Both the position numbers and the translations under genes were made by a program. A stretch of 64,000 nt of DNA, from assembly GCA_013239625.1 (NCBI GenBank), contig MU057352.1:31565277-31629276 (forward strand), given 5' to 3'. The notes under the pieces are model-generated. The model ran no database searches. It worked only from the letters and a program-made list of their open reading frames with translations, and was not told where the DNA came from. Within the stretch, counting starts at the first letter, position 1. The number at the start of each line of letters is the position of its first letter. Below, piece after piece: positions 34,770 through 48,600 of the stretch. Source of the DNA: Lama guanicoe. Lineage: Eukaryota.

Positions 34770-35860
34770 AATGTGTCCAGAGAAGGCAAAGACAAGGCAC
34801 AGATGGGAGAAAGTACTTGTAAAAGATGCAGCTCATAGAGGAGTGTTACACAAAATATACAAAAACCCACAAAACTCAACAGTAAGAAAAGGAACAACTC
34901 AATTTAAAAAATGGGCTGAAGATGGGAAGACACCTCACCAAAGACTGAGAGATGGCAAGTAAGCACCTGGAAGGCTGCTCCACATCACCGGTCATCAGGG
35001 GATGCAAATGAAAGCAACGAGGTCCCGCTGCACACCTACTAGAATAGACAAAAGCCACCACACCGACAACACCCAGGGCTGGCGAGGATGTGGAGCAACA
35101 GGAGGGCAGGTGCTGCGGCCACTTTGGAAGACAGTTGGGCGGCTTCTTACGAAACTAAACACACTCCTACCGTACGATCCAGCAGTCGTGCTCCTTGGCA
35201 TTTACCCAAAGGAGCTGAACACTTACGTCCACACAAACACCTGCACGTGGATGTTTATGGTAGCTTTATTCATGATGGCCAAAACTTGGAAACGACCAAG
35301 TTGTCCTTCAGCAGGTGAATGATAACCTGTGGTGCATCAGTGAAATATTCTCTAGCATTAGAAAGAAGCGAGCTCTTGAGCCACGAAAAGACACGGAGAA
35401 CCTTAAATGCACAGCACTAAGCGAGAGGCCAGTGTGAGAAGGCTGCCCACTGTACGACTCCAACTCTGTGACATTCTGGGAAAGGCACAACTATGTAGAC
35501 AGTAGAAAAATCACCTACCGCCAGTGGTGCGTGTGGGATGGGGGTGGGGACGAGCAGGCAGAGCACAGAGTTTCAGGGCAGGGGCACTGCTCTGTATGAC
35601 ACTCCAGTGGTGAAGCCACGCATTACACATGTGCCCAAGCCCAAGGACGTGCACCACCAAGAGCAAATCCCAGCATAGTCTCTGGTCTCTCGGGATCAGG
35701 ACGTGGCCACGCAGGCTCGCCCGCTTACAAATGACCACACTGCGGGGGGATGCTGATAACCGGGGAGGCTACGCACGTCTGAGGACGGGGGTAATGCAGG
35801 CACTCGGTACCTGATGCTCAGTTTTGCTGCAGCCCTTAAACTGTTCTAAAAAATAAAGTT
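34770..35860 (+). mobile_element. Degraded L1 (ORF2 C-terminus + 3' UTR)
   Basis: ORF 35002..35322 PLWKTVGRLLTKLNTLLPYDPAVVLLGIYPKELNTYVHTNTCTWMFMVALFMMAKTWKRPSCPS is the L1 ORF2 C-terminal signature; ends in AATAAA. Confidence 0.88.
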
Positions 35861-36177
35861 TATTTTTCAAAAATGTTTTGTTCTCACATTAAAAAAATAG
35901 AAGACATAATCAAAAACATCTGAAAAGAAGGGCATTAAGAGGTGGTCACACTGGCTGCCACAACTTGGTGGCCCCTTTTCGCACCTGAAGTTATCCAGGA
36001 GGGAACTGACCCGCCTCAAGGTGTCATGTGCATCACCTGCAGAAGCCCAGGCTGTCTCCTGTGCTCAATGTGCCTCTGGTCTAGGATATGTGAGCTGAAG
36101 AATTACAAAATTAACACCATACATTTAAACCAGACAAGTGACGCTGTGGTATCCCCAGACCACACAGCTCAGCATCC

Positions 36178-36420
36178 CTGTGGATCAGTGCGTGTTCTGG
36201 TTCAAGTGTCTGTGTCCCCCGGATTCACATGCTGAATTCCTAGCCCCCAAGGTGATGCATGAGGTCATGGGGCAGGGGTCTATGGGATCAGTGCTTATGA
36301 GACCCCAGAGGCATCCACGAACCAGGAAGCAGGGCCCCGAAGACGGAACACTAGCGACTCCTGGACTTGGGCTTTGGGAGCGCTCCGTCACGGCTCCATC
36401 ATGGGACGGAGGGAGACACT
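36178..36420. mobile_element. MLT1A/MST-like LTR remnant
   Basis: tgtctgtgtcccccggattcacatgctgaattcctagcccccaaggtgatg...gggatcagtgcttatgagaccccagag. Confidence 0.5.
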
Positions 36421-36761
36421 GAAACCGCATGAACCAGGAAGGCCGAGGCAACGCACTTAAAAATGTAGATCCCTGGGCTCCACCTGGTCCACGGACCCGG
36501 AGCTCTGCGGACGGGCCCACAGTCTGCAGGGAAACCCGCTCCCACGCCCAACCGAGCGTGAGCCGCTGGCGCAGGTCTGACGCCCTGGTGCTCCGGTTCC
36601 ACTGCCAGCCACACCGGTCACTCTCAGGGGTCCCAGCTGGACAGCGTGAGGCCCCGCTAGGCAGAAATGATCCAAAGCTGAACTGGGACTTCACTCTTCA
36701 TAAGCCAGCCTTAGAGCATTTTGTGTCACGAGACCTCGTCAAGGACACTTCACAGACCAAA

Positions 36762-36763
<2 letters not shown>

Positions 36764-36795
<32 letters not shown>
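36764..36795. repeat. (GT)16 microsatellite
   Basis: Direct reading. Confidence 0.95.
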
Positions 36796-36796
<1 letters not shown>

Positions 36797-39700
36797 TTTC
36801 TCTCTCTCATATCCTCAGTATTAAGAGACTGAATCAAAGAACTCTGGAAAGGGGCCCCAGGGGGCGAGGGGATGAAAATACTGCTACACTGTTACCAGTC
36901 CGTCTGGTTCAAGTATTTCTCAGTGGATCAGTACCCCAGCAATGGGCAGCAGCAGCCCTCCGGGGCCTCCCGCTCCTTCTCCCAAAAGCCCTTCTGTTGC
37001 TCCTTATCCCGACTGCCCTTCTGTTGACCACACAGCCCAGCCCTGCTCCCTGGTCCCTCTCCCAGACAGTGCCCAGGGTCTCCCTGACCAGAGGGCACCT
37101 GGCCTGGGCCAGGCTGCCCACTCCTGCAGGAGGCCGGGTCATCACGCTCACTACAGGGCTCCTCTACACCCACCGTAAGCTCTCAGAGCAGCCCCTTGCG
37201 TGTGTACAGGACAGAGGACCTGAGGGCGTGGCACCTCAGAGGTGTCCCAGCCCCCACTTTTCCTTCAGGAGCCACCAGATCCGAGGGGGCACCCAACACC
37301 AGCGTCTCTACCGTCCCCCACCATGGCACTGCCGGAGGCCCACAGCCCCTCGACTCACAGCAGCCCACCTGGCTCTGTCCACTCACTGACCGCACAGCCA
37401 AGGGCAGGAGGGGCTCGGATCACGCAGGAAGTCCAGCCTCTGGCCAGCACAGGCCCCCAGATGGCTTTAAAATAATGAATTCTCGAGCTCGGGAGGCAGA
37501 GGACCAGGCTAACCGCAATTACTCCATTAAAAAGAAAAACCAACTTTTTAGAAATCCCTCCCTTTCAGAGAGAAGAGCAGGATAATCACAGAGACCAAAG
37601 AAGAGCCATTCCTCTTCTGAACAGGAAGCAGAGGCCAGCGCGTGAGTGCCAATGAGCAGCGGGCTCACTTTTTTAATGCCTTTAAACTGGCATACTGCAA
37701 ATGAAGTGAACTTTCAAAACACACTCTACTTGAAAACTATTTTTAAAGTCACCACACCCCGCAGCTCACAACGTCATGTCCACACAGAATTTTGCAGGAA
37801 TTACTAAACTTTAATGAGACAGGGCACAAGTCCAGCTGCTCTCAGGTGTGACCCAGGTCCTTGAAGCAGAAAATGGCGGTCAGGGTGGACATGCAGCACC
37901 CTCCAAACCAGCCCCCACCTGCCTGTCAGGGGTCCTGGTGCCCCGTGTGATGCCAACTCAGTCTAGTGGACTCATCCCAGACCAGCTGGGAGGCTTTTGG
38001 GGTGTCTGCTTTTGCAGCAGTAAATCGTAGACCCCAAAAGGTCTCCCGCTGGCCCAGGGACTTCCTGGTCCCCCGGAACAGGAGGAGCACCACCTCTGCC
38101 TCCCACCGCCCTGGCCAGACCTCCACTGTGGCTGGAATCGGCCACGTGTGCTTGTCTCCCCACCCAGTGCAAGACCTGTGACCTCAGGGGCGGCAGAGAG
38201 CACAAGGGGCCCCGGGGGCCCAGTGGACCTAGAGGACAGGGAACGTCATCGCTAAACCGGAGGCGAAGAGCTTAGCCAAGGCAGGCTGCGTGCCCGCGCA
38301 CCCCCCCCCCCCGAGCCAGCTGTGCAGCCACAGGGGACAGCGTGTCGGAGACAGAGCTCTCCTGGAAGGGCCCCGAGCAGCTCTGAGGACAAGGACCTTC
38401 CAGCCGGGAAGCAACTGGCCTAGTGCAGGAGGCTGACGGGTCTGCTGGGAGGACGGACTCCCTCCACTCCCGGGCCCAGGGTTTCCTCTGCCAGCACACC
38501 CAACTCCAGAAGCTACTTCCCATCCACGAAGCAAACATCAGAACTGCCAAAAGAGTCACAGGCTCCCAACAAGAATTTTGTAGGACCATCGGGGACAGGG
38601 CATGACTGCAGGTTCCTCGTGGTGGCAGGCCTGCCCAGACATGCGAGGACCGTGACTCCCCGGAAAAACGCCCAGCGGGCCGGTGGCAGGGAGTAGGAGT
38701 GAGCGGAATGGAATTCACGGTGAGCCCCAGGGAGCCCCCTTCCTGCCCCCACTCCGGAACGGGCCGGGGAAGGCTCAGGTCCCCTCCATGAGAGGGCCAC
38801 CAGGGGAGCCCCGGTCGGCTCCGAGGCGGGGTGTGCGCTCCACCCCGCACGGAGAGCACGCGGCATCACGCCCCGGCGGGACTCCGGGCCACCCCTGCCC
38901 TCGTTCCCCAGGGCAGCCGACGCTCTAGACCAGCTGAAAGCACGACACGGTTGTAGTAAGTAGAGAGGGTCATGGAAGCCGAACCAACAACCTCTAGGGA
39001 CAGCTTACAGGACAGCAAACATCTGTAACATGGCCCCCGCCAATGTGCTTCCCGTTCCACCTCCTAAAACTGCGGGGCAAGGACTAGGACTAAGGTCAAG
39101 CACCCTCTTAAACAGGTCCCATCTTCGCCCTCTGCTGAAGCAAACTTACCTACGTGTGAACGAGGGTAAGATCCAGCATCCAACACTCAGAAACTCGCTC
39201 AGGAGGAAACTACTCGGAAACAGGGACAAACCGCCCCCCAGAGTAAACCCTCTGCAACGTCTGCCTTCTGCTAAAACACAGAGGCCTGCTCACGTGACTC
39301 CTCACCTCCGCCCTTCACATGGTTTTCCTTCCACTGCACGATCAGGTGAGCAGCAGCTTGTATATTTTTAATTAAAAAGCTGTGAGGTTTGTCTTTCCCC
39401 TCCCCTTCTTGTAAAGGCTCCTCGCACCGATTTGCTAGATTAAGCTGCTCGGGTCAGAATGAAGCTTTGGCTGCCATGGAAACAGCAACAAGCCTCTGGC
39501 CGGTGCAGCTCCTAGAATCCCGGCTAGCCCAGGAAAACTGAGCTGCGGGATCACCTAAAACGCCAAGTGAGCAGCCGCTGCCCGCAGTTCTCGGACAGGC
39601 TGGTATTTCTCTGAACGTCTAATTAATTACTTCAGCTAAGGTGCAGGGCCAGGCAGCGGAGGACTCAACCTCTGTGTCCCGGACAGGGAGACGGAGGCAG

Positions 39701-42107
39701 GTCGCCAGCTGCCTGAGGACACTTGTAAAAACCAAATGGTATTAACAAATGAAAATAAAGATTCCTCGCATTACACACATATAATCAAGAACTGACCTCA
39801 AAGACAGGGGCATAATTAAGGGCTACCACTAAAGACTGCCGAGATGTAGTCTTCTGGCGGTACTTGCAGCATATGTAATGCCAAGTCAAAGCAGCTCCCA
39901 GAGTCCCAGTTTATCCTAAGGGAAGAAAGGACGCAATGCTACAAAAGTAAGATCTGGAAACAAATTAACTGTCTGACAATATGGAATTATTTGAATTATG
40001 GTCCATGTGTCAGGTAAACACAAAATGTCACTGTTTTTACAGAGAAGTATGAAATATACTTACGGAATGTTAAAATCAAAACTGGTTTTTAAAATAAACC
40101 TAACATTTTCGTGAATGAAGAGAACTTATACACGGCATTAGCCTGGGGTTGAATTCCTCTTTACGCTCTAGGACCATAACCCAGCATTCTGCATCCCTCC
40201 CCGATTGCACACCTGAGCCAGGCTGAGGCTCACTGACCTGCAGAGATGGATGAGTCAGGGCTGCGCCATTACAGGACAGTGTGGCCCGTTTGAGCTGCCA
40301 AGAATGTACTCAGAGCCACACTACAGACTTGTGAACTCCACACCCTTGTCAGCCCCCTACTGCCTCACGGCCCCTGTACATCATCTACAGGAGGAAGCCG
40401 TGGTCCAGGACAGTCCCCGCCGGGAGCCCCGTCCGCAGCCAGGCTGCAGGTGGGGGACGGACGAGGGGCAAGGCAGCCACTTCCTGTGTCCACTCCACCT
40501 CAGCTCAGGGCACCCACTGGAGCACCCAGGACAACTCCTGCCTGGTGGGCAGAGGGGCAAGAGGGAGTTTTCTCAATGGCATAAATCAGACTAGAAGCTC
40601 ACGGAATCTGTCCTCCCCCCTCTTCAGAGTAGCCCTTAACCTGGAGGTCTCCCAACATTCTGTGAAGAAACCCAATTCGGTACCTGAACGACTAATCCTC
40701 CTCCTACCTGGAAAAGTCCCCAACTCAGAACCAGCGCCCCGGCAGGTCTACTTGGAGCTGTGCAGACTCGATCACCAAGAACCGTCTCAGAAGCATTCCC
40801 CCATCTGACGTCAGCATTAAAGTGGCTCCAGACCTGCTCAGTTACCTACCCAGGAACGCAGCAGATCCTTCCCCAACGTTCTGGTACCTGGAGGCTACTC
40901 CTCCCTCCAGTGTCCCAGCGTGGACTGGACTCAGCGGTTACTCCGGTTTCTAATCACGATCACAGGGTGTTTCATTCAGCAGCACTTACGGCTCCTCCTG
41001 GAGCTCAGATTTCAGTCTGCTTTTCTAGCCTTCTCCTAGCTGGACCTCCGTTTGCTTTGTGTATCACAGATTCTCCCACAATGCACTGAACCCAGGGGTA
41101 CTCACCACCAGCCTCGACAAGCACGTCCACCAAGGAGAAAGAGGAGTCAACTCTTTCCTCTTCTCTGCAGGACAAAACAGAAAGGCCCCGCACCAAGGTC
41201 TGAAGCAGGTCCTCCTGGGACTGAGAAACTCTGCTTCTTGTTCGGGGGATGTACAGCAGCTTCCTCCGCCCGCAGCCAAGATGGTGCCCGACTTCCCAGG
41301 CCAAAGGCCTCATTTGGGTTTCTCAGCTGCAAACACCTAGGGGCACCTTTCCCATTCATTAATCTGTGGGTGCTGATGTCCCCCCGGCCTAAAGCACCGC
41401 CCTCCACAACCAGATTCCCGTGTGTGGGCCAGCGGAAATGCAGCCTCCAGCCAGCGCTGAGAACACAGCCAAAGACACAACCCTGTGAAACAGGGTCTGC
41501 GCCGGACAGGAGGCCAGAATTCCCAGGCACCTGCCATCCAGGTGAGTGCAGGTGTAAGGGCTAGACGGTTCCACCACGCCTGACACAAGGGTCAGAAGTA
41601 CCTAGGCCGCCTTCTGCAGGATGACACCCATATCACGCAGTGCGGGTCCACACAGGGCCTAACAAACGTGGCTACAGCTCTTTCCTTTCACCGTTCTGGG
41701 AGACCAGCCAGCTCCAGCCAGCTCCGCGCCTGGACGCCTCATGCTGATGCGAGTGAAATGGTGCCTAGGACGCAGAGACGATCGGGCCCCAGGTAAGATC
41801 ATGAACACAGAGTGATGACCACCGACCTCCACCAAAGAGCAGCGTCTCGCCACAAAGCCCGGCCACAGTTCAGGAGCGTGGAGCACAGGAGTCTTTAAAA
41901 CTGGGGAAGTAACTAAAATCAAGCTGCTCGGGCACAATGGAGCCCTCAGATACACACAGTACGTTTAACTAATGAAAACTCAAAGTGACAGAATGACCTG
42001 GACGTGTATCACAGACACCACGTGTGCCAAGATGGATGGGAGCAGAACACATCAGACCTCACCTCTACTGGAAGCAAACGACAACTCACTTAAAACTCAT
42101 TGCCTTT

Positions 42108-42250
42108 ACTTAATTATGTATTTATTTCATTTACTGAAACATAGTCGGTTTACCATGTGTCGCTTTCTGGTGGACAGCATGTTTCAGTCATACATATGTT
42201 CATTCTCGTATTCTTTTTCATTACAGGTTACTACAAGATACTGAATATAG
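42108..42250 (-). mobile_element. Short L1 3'-end fragment
   Basis: Reverse complement of the same L1 tail family as 28434-28945 (ctatattcagtatcttgtagtaacctgtaatgaaaaagaat...). Confidence 0.75.
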
Positions 42251-42471
42251 TAAGTCACTGCTTTTAAACTCTACACTTCCCATCCAAAAATCAGTCACAC
42301 ACCCCTCTGCGTCGCCCTCGGGTCAGCCCGGCCCGTGGCTGACATTCCGACAGTCCCAACACCAGAGAGGAGTGCTTTCCACCGCTCAGCAACAGGCACT
42401 AAGTTTGTGAACACACAGCATGACCACAGGAGCTTACTAACTACGATGAATTTTCAGGTGCATTGAAAATA

Positions 42472-42635
42472 TTTGTAACGGGTACAGAGCTTCCACTGGG
42501 GAAGACAGAAAAGCTCTGGAGATGGATGGTGGCTGCACAACACTGTGAATGTGCACTTAATGCCACTGAAATGCACCCTTATAAATGGCTGAAATGGTAA
42601 GTTTTATGTTAGGTATATTCTACCATGATAAAGAG
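42472..42635 (+). mobile_element. L1MB-like 3' end
   Basis: gggtacagagcttcc...ctctggagatggatggtgg...cttaatgccactgaa...aaatggtaagttttatgttagg. Confidence 0.75.
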
Positions 42636-45600
42636 TAATAAACGTAATATGCGAGATCTATCTGGAAAATGACCTGGGAAAGTTACGTTAGGCAAGAAAG
42701 TGAGCTTTCCCCCCTGGAGGAACTCAGTTCAGCCCCCCAGCAATTCAGCCAACCACCCATCTTTTAAACACAGATTTTGAGACCCATGAGGACACTGGGG
42801 CATAGACAGGGATGAACACCTGTGTGGCCGTGTGGGGACGGCAGGAAGACACTGCCTCCGGCCCCGCTCAGGCCACGTGCAGCTCAGGGGGCGAGTCAGG
42901 AGAGAGGGACAGAGACACGGAGAGACAGAGACAGACAGAGACAAAGGAGGAGCAGTGAGTCAGCAGGGCAGAGTCAACTGGCCCAGGAGGAAGAGCTAGT
43001 CCTGACTGAGGTCTCATCGGGCACAGACGCAACTCCACCAGCTTGGCGGGGGGGGGGGGGATCCCCCACCTCCAGCCCCCCGCCTGCTCTGCCCCCCGTG
43101 GGGCCCAGCCCCACACCCTCATGGGGGAGCCCAGCCCCTGGTGAACTTTAACTCACTTTCTGGACCTCCCGCTCCAGTTTTCACTGCCCCCCCCCATCAG
43201 CCGTGCCGAGTCCACAAGTCTGTCCTGGTGCACAAGCTGCGGGGATCTCCTCCCAGCCTCGACAGGCACTGTCCTCACCCCCACCTCCCACCCCCCAACA
43301 CTTGTTCCAGGGCTACCTCTTATCCACCCAGTCAAGAGTCAGGGGGCTGCCACACAGAGGAAATCGATTCTGGAGAGGCCCCAGGAAGCGGCTCCTTTTA
43401 CTGAACAGTAACATCCTCAAGAAAGGTCTCTATTGGAAAACTTTTTTAAGGACTGAGTTCCCCATCAGTGTATTTTCCTTTAGACCTGAAACCTCCCGAC
43501 CGCACATAAGTGATACCGTCTACCGCAGGTTGTTATTTGTATCGCTCTTCCTTTCTGACACGCTGTTAAGTCTTTGAAGACTGCGTGGTGAGGCCAGTTT
43601 TTCCCCTGGAAGGAAGCATCTCTACTTCCAAAGGGACAATTCATAAAAAGCCAGGGCTCCAAGCGCAGCAGTCCGGATTCCTGAAAAGCCTGCCAATCAC
43701 GGAATGAGTAACACCTGAATGTATTACAAATCCGCTCGGGGTGCCAAGTCTCCCCTCTCGAAGCACATGCCAGACGCCGGCCAGTAACAAACAAAACACG
43801 CATGGATAAAGACCTCTTCACGAGAGCAGCCAACACGATTCCATCTGTTAACAAAAACTAACTTGCATTAAAGGTTGCAAGTTCAGACACAATCTGGCTA
43901 TTGTAAGCACTGCCTCAGTTTATCAACGTAACAATGACTCTCTTTCAAAGACTGATAAAGCTCTCTAGGCAAGTAACCGCCCTCCAGCATTTTTAAGATA
44001 CTTCGCAGGATAAATATTAGCTCGGGACTTGCCTACAGGAGAAGTGAAAGCTGCCCAAGAAGCAGTTTTATGAAGAAGAAAAAAAGAAGGAACAGCAGCA
44101 GCGGGAAGGCAGCGAGCCTCCGGGCCTGGTCTCCCACGGCCCCTGCCTACCCGTCCCGGGCCGCCCCGCAGCGGGGCAGGGCACCAGCACTCAGCAAGTA
44201 CAACGGCCTGGCAAACAGAAAGCACTGGAAAGTGGAGTTAATTAAAAGGAGAGATTTTAAGATGACTGCTGGGATGAACGCAAACGAGGAGCGTTACAGC
44301 TGAAATCTGATTAAATGTGGTTTAACTTCAGCAGCCTGGGTGACCAAAGGCAGACGGCGAGGGGAGGGCGGGCTGGCGGGGTGTGCAGGGCGCTCCCATG
44401 ACCGGCTCCAGACGCTACTCACCCTGACTTCACCTGGGGGATCTTTTCAAGTTTAATGCATGAGCCTGCAACTCAGCAGGAACTGGACGCAAACTCACAA
44501 CCACAGGCACGGCACAGCGCCAAGGGGGCCAGAAAGGCTCCAGGACAAGCGGGCAGCCGGGGCGTGGCAGGAGAAAGAAGGCTCAGCTGGGGTCCTGCAG
44601 GCCTTGACCCTGCATCCTCCGTCTTCAGAGGCCAGGCTCCCTCCTCCTCCCCACATTCCTTCTGAGACAAAGCATGCAAGCTGAAGGGTGTCAGCACTCT
44701 GCCAGTGAACCTGCACCGTCCTGGAAACAGGCTGGGCTTCCCAGCCCGATGGTGGGAAACAGCGGGCGCCAAGCCTGAACCACGAGCGCATCTCTGTTAA
44801 CAGCTGGGACTCGGACACTCGGCCCTCTGCTTCCCCCCTGGAGACGAGGCAACACCCACACACGGTGGTCCTGGGGACGGAATGACGCGGATGACTGTGT
44901 GCAACAGGCTCAGGAGGTCCTGAGCTCGGGAGCAGAACGGGCAGCCTCTGGTCACGTTTGGGTAAGACAGTGCTGCAAACTCCCCGTGAATCGAACGCCC
45001 TGTTCAGCTCCAGCACAGAGCGCGCAGTGTTCAGGTGCTTGGTCCCAAGGAGACAGCCCACCGAAACAATGGGGAACTGTCAAACAGAATTTAAGTTACT
45101 GAACGTGGCCTCACTTTTGAATGGCCCAGAAGAATAAAGGAGTAGTCTAGTAATGACGGTATCATCAGTTTTATGAGGATTTTTACCCAGAGTGGTCACT
45201 AAAAAAGATAAATTTTCATTAGAAGAACAAAAATTGAGCTTAAGTGTTCTACTCAGTTATCTGAACGCAGTGCAGCCTGCTCTCTCTGTAACGAAGGCGC
45301 AGGGTCCCTGACCCACAACCTCACCTCCAACTTCTGCCCAGCACCTGGCCCACCACTAGGATGACCAGCAAGGACTAGGGTGTCAGCTAGGTGCACGGGA
45401 GCGCTGGTGAGCGGAAGCGCGGAGGGCAGGGGCCTGTCCAGCGGCCCGAGGGGCGTGTGGGCAATGCGACATCTCGGGGAGGGTTTCCCTCTGACCCTCC
45501 CACCCCGACTCCTAGGTGTCCTGAAAGGAAGGACCCTGGCCTAGACCCCAAAGTAGCACGTGTCCAGGCTGCCCACCCACCAGGAGCCACGCAGGGGACA

Positions 45601-48600
45601 GAGCTGGAGGTTTTCAGCAGGAGCAGGACGGTTCACTCATTCCATGAATAGTGCTGTGCGCTTGGACTTTCCAGTGATGGTGACCATGGGGCCCACCCTG
45701 CCCCTTCAGAGACACCCACGAGTGGACGGGCCAGTACAGCCCAGCAGACAAGCCCGGAAGGGCAGACCTGCTGATCAGTAGTCCCCAGGCAGACCTAAGG
45801 TGGAGGACAGGGAGGGGCTGGAACTTAAACTGACCCAGGTGGGTCGTGGGGCTTCCAGGAGCCTGGAGCAAGTGTGAACATGGACATGGAACTCCTGTGG
45901 GAACAGGCAAGCATTCACAAGGACCAGGCTCCAGGCCACAGGCCGGGGGGGGGCAGCCCCACCCCCCCGAAGAGGAATGGGGTGGGGAGGCCGGGGCGCC
46001 GGCAACGGCACTGACGTGGAGCAGAGCTGCCCTGACACCGGCTCCTCCGGGCCTCCCAGGTGCCCCTTGCAGGACTTCCTCAAAGTTCTGAACACTGGCT
46101 GTCTGTCCTGAGTGTGCATGAACAGAACAGACTCACAAGCAGTCTGTGCTGCATGTTTGCCTGTCTTGACGAGAAGAACCCACACATGTGCTCCACACCG
46201 CCACCGAGACCGCTGACAATCCCTTTAGCTGCTCAGGCCGCCCGGCCTCCACGCAGAGCCCTGCCCCCACTGGCGGCAGCTTCCCCAGCCAGCTCCTCCT
46301 CTCCCCCGCTGGTTCTAGAGGCCCCTTGCTACTTTGTCCCCAGCAGATGCAGGCCAGGACCCGAGGGCCACTGGGGACAGTCTGTCTCCAATCAGCCCAC
46401 CCCCAACACCGTCCCTCTGCTGCTCCTCTGCCTCCCTCCAAAGGAGACCACCTCAGTCTTCACCGCCCAAGGCCCAGGCTGCACGCAACAGACGACCTCT
46501 AGGAAGTGAACCACCTTCCCCGCGGAGGCAGCTATGCCTTTAAGATTTGGAACAATGTCACTGGAATCTTATCTGTCTCCTGAGTGCCTGAACAAGGGGC
46601 CGCAGGTCAAGGGGCCTGCACTGGTCCCCTTCCCTCCTACAACTCCAAGGCCACGTCTCATCGGGTGCCTAGCAGTGGGACAGGCTGTATAAGGCCAGAC
46701 GGAGAGGTGGCACATCTCAGCAGGGCCTCACACCCAGCACAGTGAGACAGGGCAGATCCTCAGCCAGCCTCCGTGAGAGCCTGGGGCCTGGTGGCCAGCA
46801 GGGACTTCTGGCTGGGCTGCAGGGACAGGAAAGCACTGGTGAGCCACTCTAGCACATTATTGTGCGGCTTGCCACATCTGACACCGAAAGCCTCTTCTAC
46901 TCCAAGCCCACACCCTCACCACCAAACGACCCCTACAATCTGAGTTGTATGCAGAGCCTTTCGGGGGGGAGGTCTGAGCCTAGGACCCCCAAGTACACCA
47001 AGAGCCTCCGTGCTGAGGAAGGCTGGGGTGGGGGCGCACATAGCACCCCTCTCCATGGGGAGCCAGCAGCAGCCCGCCTCCAAGTCGGCAGAAGTCTAAC
47101 GGCACAGGCAGCTTCCCTCCCAGCCACGAGGTTACAGGCCTCCCTGGGGCCTCTAGTCCAGAGCCCTGGGACGGACGGGAGAGGCAGGCAGAATGGAGGA
47201 CAAGCGAGGAAGTTCTTGACACTGTAGCCTAGAATGTCTCAACTTCTCCAGAAATTCCAGGCATCAGCATCAGCTCCCAACTCTGCCTACACTTTCAGGG
47301 CGATCCCAGGAGCCCACCAGACAGAGAGGACAGCAAAGGGGCTCCGGTCATCCAAGCACACAGCTTAAAGGCACAGAAGACAGGTGGCAATGCAGACTCA
47401 GGCTAGGACTCCAGTCTAGACCCAACGGCAGAGCGATTACCAACCCCGAAGGCGGCACGAGGGCACGGCTCCCAGAACTTCACAGGGTGTTTCAGCACCA
47501 CAGTCCCACAGCCCAAGCCCAGCACATGTGTGTCTAAGCAAGGGAGGACCTCACAAATGTGCTGCTTTGGACACATCCCAGTTAACAAAGTTAAGGAAGT
47601 GAGACAGGGGATGTCTCCGTGTGACCGTCATAGCACGGACCTGCCTTAATAACGGCTACAGTCACATTTCTTTTCACTGGCTTCTGCCTTTGCTTTGCCC
47701 TGAGATTCAGTGACCACAGTGACCTTCCACAGCTCAACAATGAAGACGCAGAGGTCTGTGGTCTACAAAGAAGAGTCCCAGAAGGGAGCTCGCAGGCACG
47801 GGGGAAGCTGGGTGGCATGGAGTGAGCACCCTGAGGCCGGCCAGCCGGCCAGCCGCAGGATGAGAGGGGCAGGTGCTTGGAAGCGGGTGGAGGGGCCCGG
47901 GCCTCCAGGGCCCAGCCCCGCCATCTCGGGATGGAAAGTTGGCCAGGGCTGGCGAGGACGTCTAGTGTCTATAAAAATGTTCCTCCCAGGGGAGCCTCTG
48001 GAAACAGAGACTCCAAGATACTTTCATTCTTTTCCTTATTTGCCACTCTGAAAAATAAGCCGTTCTTCCCATTCTGAAATGGAATACGAGTCAAAACCTT
48101 CTACAGTAAATGGTGACCCAGAGAGAAAGGGTGCTAGATCCAAAATATTTCTCGTTTGGCCAGTGGCCCAAAGTAGCTCTATTCTGTTTATTTGGTTCCT
48201 CCCCTGGGAGAGAAAAACCTAATCCAATAGCAAGTTGCCCATATTCACCCACGTCTCGTAAAGAGGCTGCGGGGCAGGCAGGTTCTCGCTCCCTCTGGCG
48301 GGTCCTCCTGGGTCCTGGCCACCCCCCGGCCTAGGGACTCTTCCCTGTCCCCACGTGGCCAAGCGTCGAAGAAACTAAGTGCCCACTTAGCTGCGCCTGT
48401 CCTGAGCGTCCACCCCACCCCAGCCCCCAGCAAGGCTGACTCCGGAGAATGGTGACGGGAAAGGCCTGAGCAGAACCAGACCCGGGGCTGAGAAGGGGGC
48501 TCGGGGTCGCCTGGCTCCACATGGGCTTTCTCCCCCTAACACCACGTCCAGAAGGAGAAGTCGGTCCCGCCTGCACCACGGGTCCTCGCCCTGTTGTTTT

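Noticed and set aside
47491-47511. REST/RE1-like TTCAGCACCAC
   Set aside because: Only the left half-site matches; the GGACAG right half is missing.
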